Assembly (NCBI GenBank): GCA_965112155.1
Contig: OZ218100.1
Length of the DNA: 64,000 bases
From: Podarcis liolepis
Lineage: Eukaryota
Strand: one strand, 5' to 3'
Every line of letters starts with the position of its first letter. The first letter of the stretch is position 1. This document shows, in pieces, positions 14,328-25,642 of the stretch. The position numbers and the translations under genes are program-made. The notes beneath the pieces are model-generated. The model was not told where the DNA came from and did not search any database. It saw only the letters and a program-made list of their open reading frames with translations.

Positions 14328-15033
14328 TGTTTTTGGCTTCTGTCTGTTTTTGGAGACAATGGAGGAGTGTGCATCTTTGCGAGTGAAGTCAAACTGCTAG
14401 AAGCTTGCAGTGACTGCTGTGGCTGTAGAGACTGATATGGGAGAAACATGTTTTGTTGCATCTGAGGCAGATTAAGTCATATGTTAGTGCTTCTGCAGAT
14501 GCACCATGACATTTCTTCTCTTTGTGCCCCTCCCAGTGGTCATTCCACCTGCAGTCACTGTCTTGGATGCATGACCTGTCTGTCTGTCTCTAGGCACTGT
14601 GATCATCTGCAAGGGTTGATATTGCCAGCCTTCATGTGATGTTCGCAGACATCTTTGGAACGCAGAGCTGGTCTGCCAATGGGCCTGGTGCCTGAAGCCA
14701 CCTCCCCGTAGAGCAAGTTCTTAGGGATCCTGCCATCTTCCATTCTGTGGACATGACCATGCCAGCATAGGTGTCACTGAGACAGGAGAGCAAACTTGCT
14801 GGGAATGTGGGCTTGAGAGAACACATCTTTGTTTGAAACTCTATCCTGCCATGTGATAACCCAAATCCTCCTGATATAGCACATGTGGAAGGAGTTGAGG
14901 CGTCGCTCCTGACAGTTGTAAGTTGCCCACGACTCACTTCCATAAAGCAGCATGCTCAACACACAAGTCTGGTAGAGACCTCCATCTTGGTACTGGATGT
15001 CAGCATCTCATTCTCCCATACCCTTTTACCCTG
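14328..15033 (-). mobile_element. RTE-clade LINE distinct from BovB (AviRTE-like, tentative), 5'-truncated and decayed
   Basis: LLYGSESWATY..QERRLNSFHMCYIRRIWVITWQDRVSNKDV; C-terminal CFSHISLYSHSSHC near 14406-14447; flanked by a ~27-bp direct repeat. Confidence 0.85.
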
Positions 15034-15552
15034 AATACCCACTGAATTGAATGAGTAGGGTTGTATTCAACTAACTTTTACTTAGTGTACATTTACTGAA
15101 ATGATTCAGCATGATTAACTTAGCTCCATTCAAGGCATTGACTGAAAAGGTGTTAGCTGTCTGCAACCCCTTGTAAGTATGCATAGGATTGCAGCTTTCC
15201 CTCCAAGAAGGGTCATTCTGAAGCTCAGAGGCATGTGAGGAAATACACACACACATACATATACAGCAACAACCACATACAAGAGGGGAACCCCAAGGTT
15301 TGCAGAAGTATAAGAAATGTTTGGGAACTCCCAAAATAGGCCAATGAGGACAAAATGTGCTCAATGACTATGACATGCTGATTGACTGTTGGGGAAGGGA
15401 TGAAAAACTGGGTGGAAGAGAGAATAACATGGAGTATCCTTTAGAAGCATATGGCTGATTGGCTGGAATACTGAAGAAGAGCAGTCCATTCGGCAACATG
15501 TTGTTGCAGTTGTCCTGGTCAGGGCATAATTCTGTAGTCCTAAGCACATTTA

Positions 15553-15820
15553 AGGTAAGGGTAAAGGGACCCTGACCATTAAATCCAGTCGCCAACGACT
15601 CTGGAGCTGCGGCGCTCATCTCGCTTCACTGGCTGAGGGAGCCAACGTTTGTCCACAGACAGCTTCCGGGTCATGTGGCCAGCATGACAAAGCCGCTTCT
15701 GGTGAACCAGAGCAGCACACGGAAACACCGTTTACATTCCCGCTGGAGCGGTACCTATTTATCTACTTGCACTTTGACATGCTTTCGAACTGCTAGGTTG
15801 GCAGGAGCAGGGACCAAACA
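15553..15820 (-). mobile_element. Sauria SINE, 5'-truncated
   Basis: AAGGTA-type tail, core GGTACCTATTTATCTACTTGCACT, TSD AAGCA(C/T)ATTTA at 15542-15552 / 15821-15831. Confidence 0.92.
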
Positions 15821-17756
15821 AAGCATATTTACCTCCTGACAAATTATAATGAGCAAAATGGGGCTACTTCTGAGTAAAATACTATAAGGCATACACACCA
15901 AGAAGCAAGTCCTGATGGGGATGCAACAGAAAATGGCGGGAATGAAGTGACAGGATACTGAGGTGGTAGAATGAATTCTGTTATTTCAAACTGCAGCTCC
16001 CCACCCCACCTGTCCTGCTGTCTATTGCAGGGGTCTTTTTCCTGCAATGCCATGATTATAGGCAGGTGGCAACAGCCAATGTGTGTAGATTTTGGTCCTC
16101 ACACACTGTGACACTTCATAAGTGAGAATTACACATCAGGAATATAACAGTGCTTTTCACATCTGCTGACACTACGTTGCCACACGCAGTATGGTACTCA
16201 AGGTAGCTGTGACTTTTATGTAACAGGATTGATTACAATCTATTAAGCCTGTCAGGCAAGCCTACCTCCCTGGCTAATGCTGTGATACCAGCATGTCTCC
16301 TGACCACTGTTTCTGCCAACTTTCCTTTCGAAAGATGACAAGAACCTTCAGCTGGGCATCATGTTCATTTTTAGCAGGGCTGATGCAGTTCCAGATTTGC
16401 TGTTCTGCTAAATGTCAGATCCCGCTTATCAGAGTCCAGCCCAGTGTGTCACTGACAGCACCAGCCACTTATAGGGCAATTTGCAGCATTTGGAATCGCA
16501 CGGCAAATTTGTATTCATTAATGGAAGGGAGGGGGGAAGCTTCATGAAGCAGCCAAAACAAATTCAACTTGTTGGCCAGTCACACAATTGAATCACATGT
16601 GCATGGCAGTCGCTGTCTTTACCCTTCACTTCTGTCCACTACTTGTGTGTAGGCTTACATATTTACTGTTTAATTGATTGGAAGTATCATACTTCTGAGC
16701 AATATCTGAGCATGCCATGTCACTCTGTGTTATAACCCCTGCCAAATTAATGGAAGATAATGTGGTGCAGTAATATATGTCAGGCGCATTACATTAAACA
16801 CAATTTGGATGAATTCTATTACTATGGACAGCCAGCATCTGATCCAGAACTTTTGGCAGGTGAAAGAATGTGAATTATTCATGATGGGGTTTAAATTTAT
16901 GGACCATTTATTATCTCTGTGGCATCACTCTTAAGTATTTAACCAGAGGTTTCTGAACAAGGCATCAAATGGCACCTCAATCATGGAAAACGGGGGGCCT
17001 CTCTATGGCTGGATGAGAAGGCTAAACTTTGCTTTCCTTGTCAGCTCGCTAAACAGAATGTTTTGATACGGAACTTTTCATTCCGTCCTGAGGCTTCTAG
17101 CTCAAGCTTTCTGCTTACCTTGTTAAGGAGGGGGGAAAGTCACAAAACCATAAAGCCATTACTGCACTAATTAAATAAGGGCACAGAGGGGGAGAGATCT
17201 GCAAAAGGAAACTGTTGATGTTCCCTTTATATAGCATGCAAGAAAATTGGAAAGGAATTTTACTGAGAGTCCTAGAGTTGTCTGGGTAGTTGTATTGGTT
17301 CTAATGACTGATCAAGTTGTACAAGCATGCATCTGCCTGTTGAAGGATAGGGAACACACAAAGACATGAATGGTGCTCAGCTGTGTCTGCCATCTGAGGC
17401 AGGCTGGGACAGCTGGTGTGAGTCACCAACCTGGATCATCCACAAGCCATGCCTTGTGGCCTGCCAGGTGCTCGGAGAGCAGGGTGTTGTTTTACTTACA
17501 ACAAGGCAGCAAAAGCAGGTTTATTGATCCACTTTAGGTAGCCAGTAACTTGCATGACTGGTGAGTTGTGTTTGGTTTGATGGACGGCAAATAATGCTGG
17601 TCTTCCTCAAGAAAAGCAGTTGTTAGCATCCATCTGTCTCATAAGACAAGAGAGTGGGCACATACATGGAATATTGTTGAGATTCTGTTTCCTAACCAAC
17701 AAACCTTAATGGGAGGAGAACCAGTCACATATTTCTGCTACCTACAGTATATGTGC

Positions 17757-17892
17757 CAGGCATCCCCAACCTGCAGCCTTCCAGATGTTTTGGCCTACAA
17801 CTCCCATGATCCCTAGCTGACAGGACCAGTGGTCAGGGATGATGGGAATTGTAGTCTAAAACATCTGGAGGGCTGAAGGTTGGGGGTGCCTA
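17757..17892. mobile_element. 136-bp palindromic hAT-type MITE
   Basis: Same family as 4492-4627 (CCAGATGTTTT...AAAACATCTGG arms). Confidence 0.85.
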
Positions 17893-17989
17893 GTCTATGC
17901 CTATGTGTATTTAGGCTAGTGAAAATGACTTCAGTTGTTATTACTATATATGTTATCAAAGAAAGTAAGCATCGCTCATTAGCTGAGAG

Positions 17990-18108
17990 TAGCCTTTGCC
18001 AACTTGGCCCCTTCCAGATGTTTTGGATTACAATCCCCATTGGCCCCAGTCTTGCAAATGGGAGCTGTAGTCCAAAACATCTGGAGGGCACCAGGTTGGT
18101 AAAGGATG
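17990..18108. mobile_element. Related palindromic MITE
   Basis: TCCAGATGTTTTGGA / TCCAAAACATCTGGA inverted arms; more decayed relatives near 4780-4880, 37309-37428, 48938-49070 and 60161-60285. Confidence 0.75.
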
Positions 18109-19711
18109 TTCTAGGCTGAAAATATAATTACCCTGCCCTCTTTGGAAGCAACAAGGTCTTCAAAAATAAACCCTAAGATGGTATTTTTTAAACATCAGTG
18201 TTCTGACTGGCTTTCCATGCTGCTTCATTTTCTATCATTTACTTCTCAAAGGTTTATGATATCCCAAAGTCAGACTTCAGACAAAACAAAAGACCAAGGG
18301 AGAGAGGGTGGCAGGTGTTCAGCAGGCTCCTGATATTGCTGCTCTGGAGGGCTGCTAGACATATGTATTCATCAAACACTCTATTACAAAGCTACAGAGT
18401 GTTGCATGAAGGCAGAAACAAGAACAGAGGGGAAAATAGGTGAGTTGTGATTTTATTGCATCCTATATATCTTGATCAAGATCTATCAGGCTGTAGACCT
18501 AACAGAAATGATGGAATGTAAATTGTATTTTAGTATCAGTACTTCTTCCTGAAATAAGAGCTCAAGCCCACCAATTTATTGCCATATATTACACTGTCTT
18601 GGACTTGTTAATACAACCATTAAAAAAGCCATAGTGTTTCCCAAGGCCCTTTTGTCAGACATCTGCTCCTCTGATTTCAACAATTCGGAAAGGATATTCA
18701 AGAGGTGTAGTCAGCAACTGAAAGTGATTTCCCCCACTCTTTGAATGCATTCATTTGTCTGTTTGAAGCTGGTTTTGGATAGACCCCTCTGATCTTCACG
18801 GGGTGTGCTTTTTTTAGAAAACCGCCTCCACCAAACTCTATAATACCTGCCAATTTGTGTCCCTTTTGAAAAACAGAGACATTTCCCCCAGCTACGGGAG
18901 TCTCCCTTGGAACCAACTCTGTGCCCTTGGAAGAGCAGCCTCCCTTCCTATAATTTCATAGCATGGGGGAAATCTTCCATAGCTTACCTCAAAAGATTAC
19001 CACTTTTTCATCATTTTCTAGGTTTGCTCGCATTGTGCTAACCACTGATTTTTGTAAACAGGCTCTGACATTCTCCCCATCCTATTCAGAGGTTCAACAT
19101 GGGGAGAGTTGAAGTGGTCTTGCAAGCTGGTGATTATCTGAATACATATCTGATCTGCAGGCCTTGCAGGAGGCTCTGTTTCTGATAGAGGTACAAAGCA
19201 GAATGCCACTGAGATAAGTCAGAGGCTGGTCCTCTGCTGTAAACAAAGCCTCTAGATATAACTTCTAAGGGTGCCTGTTTATCCTTAGTAGTACTAACAC
19301 GAACCATACAAGGTAAAAATCTTTGTGGTACACAAGTAGGAGCCTGATGTCCATGTGATTTCCAGGACATTCTGCAACCCACCTACTGTCTTCGAGTAGA
19401 ATTCAACATCGCACTATTACAAATATTTCATCTGCACAAACATTTCAGCTTGCCAAATGAAACAATTGCCTTTCCCCCCATGTTCTCTTCTGTGGGATTT
19501 CCTGACCCTGACCCTAAACTAATTTCAGGGGACACATGGGAGAGCAGAAAGTTTTGTTGCACAAGCAGAAACTCTCACACAAGGTTTGTTTTCTGTTTTT
19601 ATGGATGGCAATAACAGATTGAAAAAGAGAATTTTTTACAGCAAACGGCAATGCATGTGGACTCAGAAGTAAGTCCCACTGAGTTCAATGAACTTACAGT
19701 GAGCAAAGGAT

Positions 19712-19915
19712 TTAATTTGTATTTACTTGTTTATTACATTTATATCCCACCTTTCCTCCAGCTCTCCTGCTTTCCATATTATCCTTACAGCAACCCTGTA
19801 AGATAAGGTAAGATTGAGAGCTGGTGACTGTCACAAGGTCACCCAGTAAGCAACAAGGCCTAATGGGGATTTGAGCGTTGCTCTTCCAGGTCCTAGTATG
19901 ACACTTTGCCACGCT
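19712..19915 (-). mobile_element. MIR/CORE-like SINE, decayed
   Basis: AT-rich tail, ATCCTTACAGCAACCCTGTAAG core, CAAGGTCACCCAG and B-box-like GGGGATTTGAGC. Confidence 0.6.
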
Positions 19916-20614
19916 GGTTCTCCATAGCATTGAAACTCATGGACATAGAGTGAACACAGGATTGTTGCATGTGAAAGGAGGTGAAGCTTAATGGGCTCAA
20001 TCCTAGTTGTGTGTTGGTTTTACATGTAAGTCAAAGTCCCGAAGAGAGCTATTGCCAGTCAGATGCTGCTATTAAAATAGCTGTATTTGGGCATTCAAAT
20101 GCCACATAAGAAGAATGTGCAGGAACATGTGGAGGTGTGCACACTGTCTCAGCTCCAACATCCCCACATGTGATGCCATGGCTGTCCTTCGCCAAGAATT
20201 AGAATATTAAGCAAATTTTGGTGAACATGCTTAGAAGACTCCATGCATTCAGAAACCCTTATACTGCAGTGTTGCTGATCACACAGATGCTTTTAAGTGT
20301 GTCGACCCAAATACACTTAGGGACCCCATTCAGACTTCCTGCTCCTGTGAGGATGGGGCAATACATTCACATGGAACACCTGAATATATATTTTTCTCAT
20401 ACCAGTATCCCTATTTATTTATTTAATTAATGGTTTTCATGTGATAAAGGATCTTCTATATATGCATATTTACAATAATAAATCATTTTATTTCGATCCA
20501 GAATGGGACTTGGTGCTTTTGGCTAAATTCCCCCCTAACCCCCCTCCAAAAAATTAAGTAAGTAAATGTACAGCATGGTATCCCATGTGATGTGCAACAA
20601 TGTCCAGAGTTGTT

Positions 20615-21417
20615 AATAATAATAATTTATTTGTACCCCACCCATCTGGGCGGTGTCCAACAAAATATTAAAATACAATAGTCTGTCAAACATTAAAAGT
20701 TTCCTTAAACAGGGCTGCCTTCAGATGCCTTCTTCTAAAAGTCTGGTATTTGTTTTTCTCTTTGACATCTGGTGGGAGGGCGTTCCACAGGGCGGGTGCC
20801 GCTACCGAGAAGGCCCTCTGCCTGGTTCCCTGTACCTTGGCTTCTTGCAGCGAGGGAACCGCCAGAAGGCCCCTGGCACTGGACCTCAGTGTCCGGGCAG
20901 AATGATGGGGGTGGAGACGCTGCTTCAGGTATACTGGACCGAGGCCTTTTAGGGCTTTAAAGGTCAGCACCAACACCTTGCTCGGAAACATACTGGGAGC
21001 CAATGTAGGTCTTTCAAGACCGGTGTTATGTGGTATTGACAGCCGCTCCAAGTCACCAGTCTAGCTGCCGTGTTCTGGATTAGTTGTAGTTTCCGGGTCA
21101 CCTTCAAAGGTAGCCCCACATAGAGTGCATTGCGGTAGTCCAAGTGGGACATAACCAGAGCATGCACCAATCTGGCGAGGCAGTCCGTAGGCAGGTAGGG
21201 TCTCAGCCTGCGTACCACATGGAGCTGGTAAACAGCTGCCCTGGACACAGATTTGACCTGCACCTCCATGGACAGCTGTGAGTCCAAAATGACTCCCAGG
21301 CTGCGCACCTGGTCCTTCAGGGGCACAGTTACCCCATTCAGGACCAGGGAGTCCTCCACACCTGCCTGCCTCCTGTCCCCCCAAAACATTCCTTCTGTCT
21401 TGTCAGGATTCAACATC
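20615..21417 (-). mobile_element. L2 LINE, 5'-truncated ORF2 C-terminus plus 3' end
   Basis: ORFs 20964-21449 and 20686-21051: VRSLGVILDSQLSM..HALVMSHLDYRNALYVGLP..LQLIQNTAARL..HITPVLKDLHWLP..RAFSVAAPALWNALP; (ATT)n tail. Confidence 0.95.
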
Positions 21418-22434
21418 AAAGATTCCATCACATGTGTAACCCATGACACAATACGTAATTAAAAATGCAGGCAGTCCTGGTTATACTGTGCTGGAAGCCA
21501 ATGGACAACCCTCACCCCCTGCTCCCAATCTGTAGCTTGCAGCCACATCTCAGGTACATTAAGGCCAAGTTCCTTCTTCAGCTCATACAGCTGAATTCCT
21601 TTTCTTTCCTTTTGATCTATCCCTTCATGTGTAAGGGATACAAGTGAATGCTACCAGACCACCTGTTTTGGTTTTACCCTTAACTATGTTTCAGGAAGCT
21701 TTTAAAAGTTCCTTTTCAAAAGAGCTTATAGATGCTCACTGTGACAAAGTTTGAGAAGTCCTAGTTTAATTAAATGAAGCTGTTTCCTGAAATACTTATT
21801 TTTCCGTCATATAACTGAGCTAACACAGCAAGCGCTGGGATTCAGTTGTCTGTTCTGCACTTCAAATATTCAAGGGTTGCAATTGTACTTCCCTTTGATT
21901 TTATTGTAATGGTGAAAAGATTCAACATGTGAACACTCCACATTGAGGGGAGTTGGATTTTTCCATTGCTTGGGTACATAAGCCAAATGTTCTGTTGACT
22001 TACACTCCATGTCACCTCTCTATAGTCAGTGTGAAGCCATTATTAGACAGATTTCAAGCAAGATCTGAATCACATTACCACAGTAATTTCTGTTTGAACA
22101 AAAGGCAGCTATTTTTTCCCCCACAACGTTTTAATGACAGCACCTAGGGTAGTCCAACATTGTGTTAATATCTTTCAAAGGCAAACAGCTGAGACTGCAT
22201 AGACTGACAACCATCTTTAAAAAAAAACAACATGGTTGGAAATTAGACGCTACTTTCAGACTTATGTGCACTAAGAGGGCTGAATAGATTTAAACTTTCT
22301 TCTCCTGCATTGCCATGATACATACTATTACTACTACATGATGACATTTCTGTAGTAGCAGTAGTGTTCTAGGCTTAATCAGTGATGAGGAACCTCGGGT
22401 GTTGGAGCCAATTGTGACTCTCTATACCAGGCAT

Positions 22435-22850
22435 GGAAGTGAGAGCTGGACCATAAAGAAGGCTGATCGCCGAAGAATTGATGCTTTTGAATTATGGTGC
22501 TGGAGGAGACTCTTGAGAGTCCCATGGACTGCAAGAAGATCAAACCTATCCATTCTTAAGGAAATCAGCCCTGAGTGCTCACTGGAAGGACAGATCCTGA
22601 AGCTGAGGCTCCAATACTTTGGCCACCTCATGAGAAGAGAAGATTCCCTGGAAAAGATCCTGATGTTGGGAAAGATGGAGGGCACAAGGAGAAGGGGACG
22701 ACAGAGGACGAGATGGTTGGACAGTGTTCTCAAAGCTACAAACATGAGTCTGACCAAACTGCAGGAGGCGGTGGAAGACAGGAGTGCCTGGCGTGCTCTG
22801 GTCCATGGGGTCACGAAGAGTCAGACATGACTAAACGACTAAACAACAAC
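22435..22850 (+). mobile_element. BovB (RTE) LINE, 5'-truncated
   Basis: GSESWTIKKADRRRIDAFELWCWRRLLRVPWTARRSN..LRLQYFGHLMRR; (CAA)n tail; TSD ATACCAGGCAT at 22424-22434 / 22851-22861. Confidence 0.97.
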
Positions 22851-22854
22851 ATAC

Positions 22855-22988
22855 CAGGCATAGGCAAACTCAGCCCTCCACATGTTTTGGGACTACAATT
22901 CCCATCATCCCTGATCACTGGTCCTGTTAGCTAGGGATCTTGGGAGTTGTAGTCCCAAAACATCTGGAGGGCCATTTGCATATGCCTG
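22855..22988. mobile_element. Palindromic hAT-type MITE whose left terminus was hit by BovB
   Basis: TIR CAGGCATAGGCAAA / TTTGCATATGCCTG; degenerate TSD CTCTATAC (22420-22427) / CTCTGTAT (22989-22996). Confidence 0.85.
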
Positions 22989-23211
22989 CTCTGTATCTTT
23001 CTATCTGGCTCTTGAGACTTTTCCCGCGTCACAGAGCCTCCCAAGCTAAACTCACCAGCCCTGCTCCTTGAGAGCTTTTGTCTGGCTGGACTGTGTCTTT
23101 GAACTCTAATAATGTTTCTTGCTCTCTTGGGTGGAGGATAGAGAGGGTTTTGTGAGTATATTTAGGAACTAGCCTACGTAACAAAGGTAAAATTCACATT
23201 CATTTCCATTG

Positions 23212-23313
23212 TTCTGTCTGGACGCTGAGGTCCAGCGCCGAGGGCCTTCTGGCGGTTCCCTCATTGCGAGAAGCAAAGCTACAGGGAACCAGGCAGAGGG
23301 CCTTCTTGGTAGT
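23212..23313 (+). mobile_element. Isolated internal L2 fragment (~100 bp)
   Basis: Aligns without gaps to the reverse complement of ~20801-20902 (roughly 85-90% by eye); no 3' tail. Confidence 0.85.
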
Positions 23314-24430
23314 TGATGATGACAATTGTGGCCCTGCAATATCTGATACAGGTTCCCAATCTATCTTCTAAGAGGTGTAGGGTGGGGTTTGCCCCAAAGG
23401 CAGGACTGGAAAAAGAAATCCATGAGCTTCATAACACAAAAAGAATACACCTGTTGTTGTTTAAAAAGTACAAGTTTGATTTCTCAAGGTGATTTGTATT
23501 GCACAACTATTTCAGGATTTTGATATCACACATGGCAAACCAGAGTGAAAGAAGATAAGAGTTGCTTATTGGGAATATGACGATTGACAGCAGAGCCATT
23601 TATTTTCAGTAGCATGGGAAATTAAAAAAGCTACATGCAATTGAATGTTGTTGGTGTTATTAAATATTTTTCCTAACTATAAAATAATGACTGCTGGCAT
23701 CACCACTTTTATCTCATTTAATTACTACAGGATGCACTGCATCACCTAACCTGAGATCACTGAAAAATGGAGTGTGTGGAATTCAGAAAGATTATGCTAA
23801 ATACAGTCTTGTCATCATCAATGCTGGGTAGCAGAGAATAACCTTTCACTCTCTGGTGCTATACAAGAACTTAATAAGACCTCAAAATAAACATAGTGGG
23901 TTGTGATCAGTGCTAGCCCTACTCAGAGTAGATCCATCACAATCAGTGGACATGACTAAAGGACTAAGGCAGGTTCATTAATTTCAATGTGTGTACTCTG
24001 AATTGGGCTTAGCCGAATACAATTCAATAGGTTTTTATTTGGTTCTGTAACCATCATTATAGCTGTATATTTATAGTCCTTATCACTGACCCAAACCGTT
24101 GGTGTTCCACAGTTTCATTCTGAGATATCACATAGGGCTATTTTAGTCTTTTCCCAAGGAATCTTATTGACAAGCAGTTTTTGATCTTTGTTACAGTTGT
24201 ATGGACAAAGCTATCTACTGTCGTCCCATGATATAGGTTATTGATGGATCATCTGGGAACAACATTGTTCTAACAGTGCATCTACTTAATCCAAAACTAA
24301 CCAAAAACAGGTGGAAAAGGAGCTGCATGCCATTGTTGTAACTCTGGATATGTAAGCTCCTGAATCCAACCAGCATTATGAGTCTTCTCTTTGATATGTC
24401 TTCCTTCTAATTTTGATTTATTTATATTTG

Positions 24431-25191
24431 TTGCCAAAGCCCTTTCCGCCGCCCTTGCAGCGGAGAGGGTGTTGTGGGCAGGAGATCCTCCCACATTCGC
24501 GGGGGCTTCCCTTGCCCCCGCGAGACTTGGGGGAATCCCCGGGCATGTTGGCAACCCAGCCCGCCAATGGGTGGGCGGGGGAGGCGTGGCCCAGGCTATT
24601 TAGGCCCAGGCACGCCCGGGGACCGCCCTCTTTCCCCCTTCACCAGCTGGAGAGCGGGTTTTTCCCATCCCACCCACCCTTAGATTAGCTAGACTTGGCC
24701 TTGCTATGGACTCCGGTTGGTCGCCGCAAGGGGCCTGGTAGGAATTTTTCCAAGTTGGCGCAATTCCTGCCTTTTGGTTTTTTCGCCTACCTCGTAGCAA
24801 TCGTCACAACTTTCTCGGTATTGGCGGTTAGGCACTGGCATGGGGCTATGTTAGACAAATGGAGGGGGGAAGGAAGCGCCATCACCTTCCCCCAATGTGA
24901 AGGGGTAGTCCGGTAGAGGACTCCGGGGGGCGTGGCCTTGTCTGAAGCCTTGCGAGCACGCCCCCGAGCGGTGACACCCGTGGGATCCTAGTTGGCATAC
25001 TTCAACAGGACTCCCGCGGTTCGTGTTCAACCCTTCCCGGTCACCATGCCGGGTAGTCTATAGGAGCCAATGCCTAAGGCCAATACCTTCAATTTCCGTA
25101 ATCAATAAAGTTGTGGCCTTTTATGCCCAATTAACCTTATATCATTGTGTCCGTGTCTTCATTTCATTGGGGGAGGTAACTTGCCACGCAA
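24431..25191 (+). mobile_element. GC/CpG-rich LTR-like solo repeat with TTGC...GCAA termini (possibly DIRS/Ngaro-type tyrosine-recombinase retroelement repeat)
   Basis: Sharp GC boundary; AATAAAGTTGTGGCC at 25104-25118; ends CACGCAA; TTG on both flanks; shares ordered motifs with 31003-31840. Confidence 0.7.
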
Positions 25192-25642
25192 TTGATAATA
25201 GACAAGGTTGGATATATGTTCTAATTTGTACTGAATTCAATGAAAGTCCAAGGAATTATGGACAAATCTCTCTTTCTTTTGGGATGAAAAACAAAATATC
25301 AACGAGACTCTATCTTGCAAATCAAGCCAATTCCTTCATGATGTTATAATTGAAGTTGGAGATTCACATGTATGAGAGAGAGGAGAATGAGGGAACATAA
25401 GGTTGACTCTGGGACCTTCTGCATGCAAAGTATGTACTCTGTCACTGAGCTGCAGCCCTTCTCCATGTATTCTCCTCAAATGTACCCCCTCTCATGTGGA
25501 TGAACACCATCACCTAAGGTGATAAACAACATGATAGCCAGTGTAGCATAATAGTGTGTTCCACTAGGACCAAGAGATCAGAGTTCAAATTTCCACTTAG
25601 CCATGAACTTAGCCAAGATTAAGGAGTGATCTTGGGCAACTT

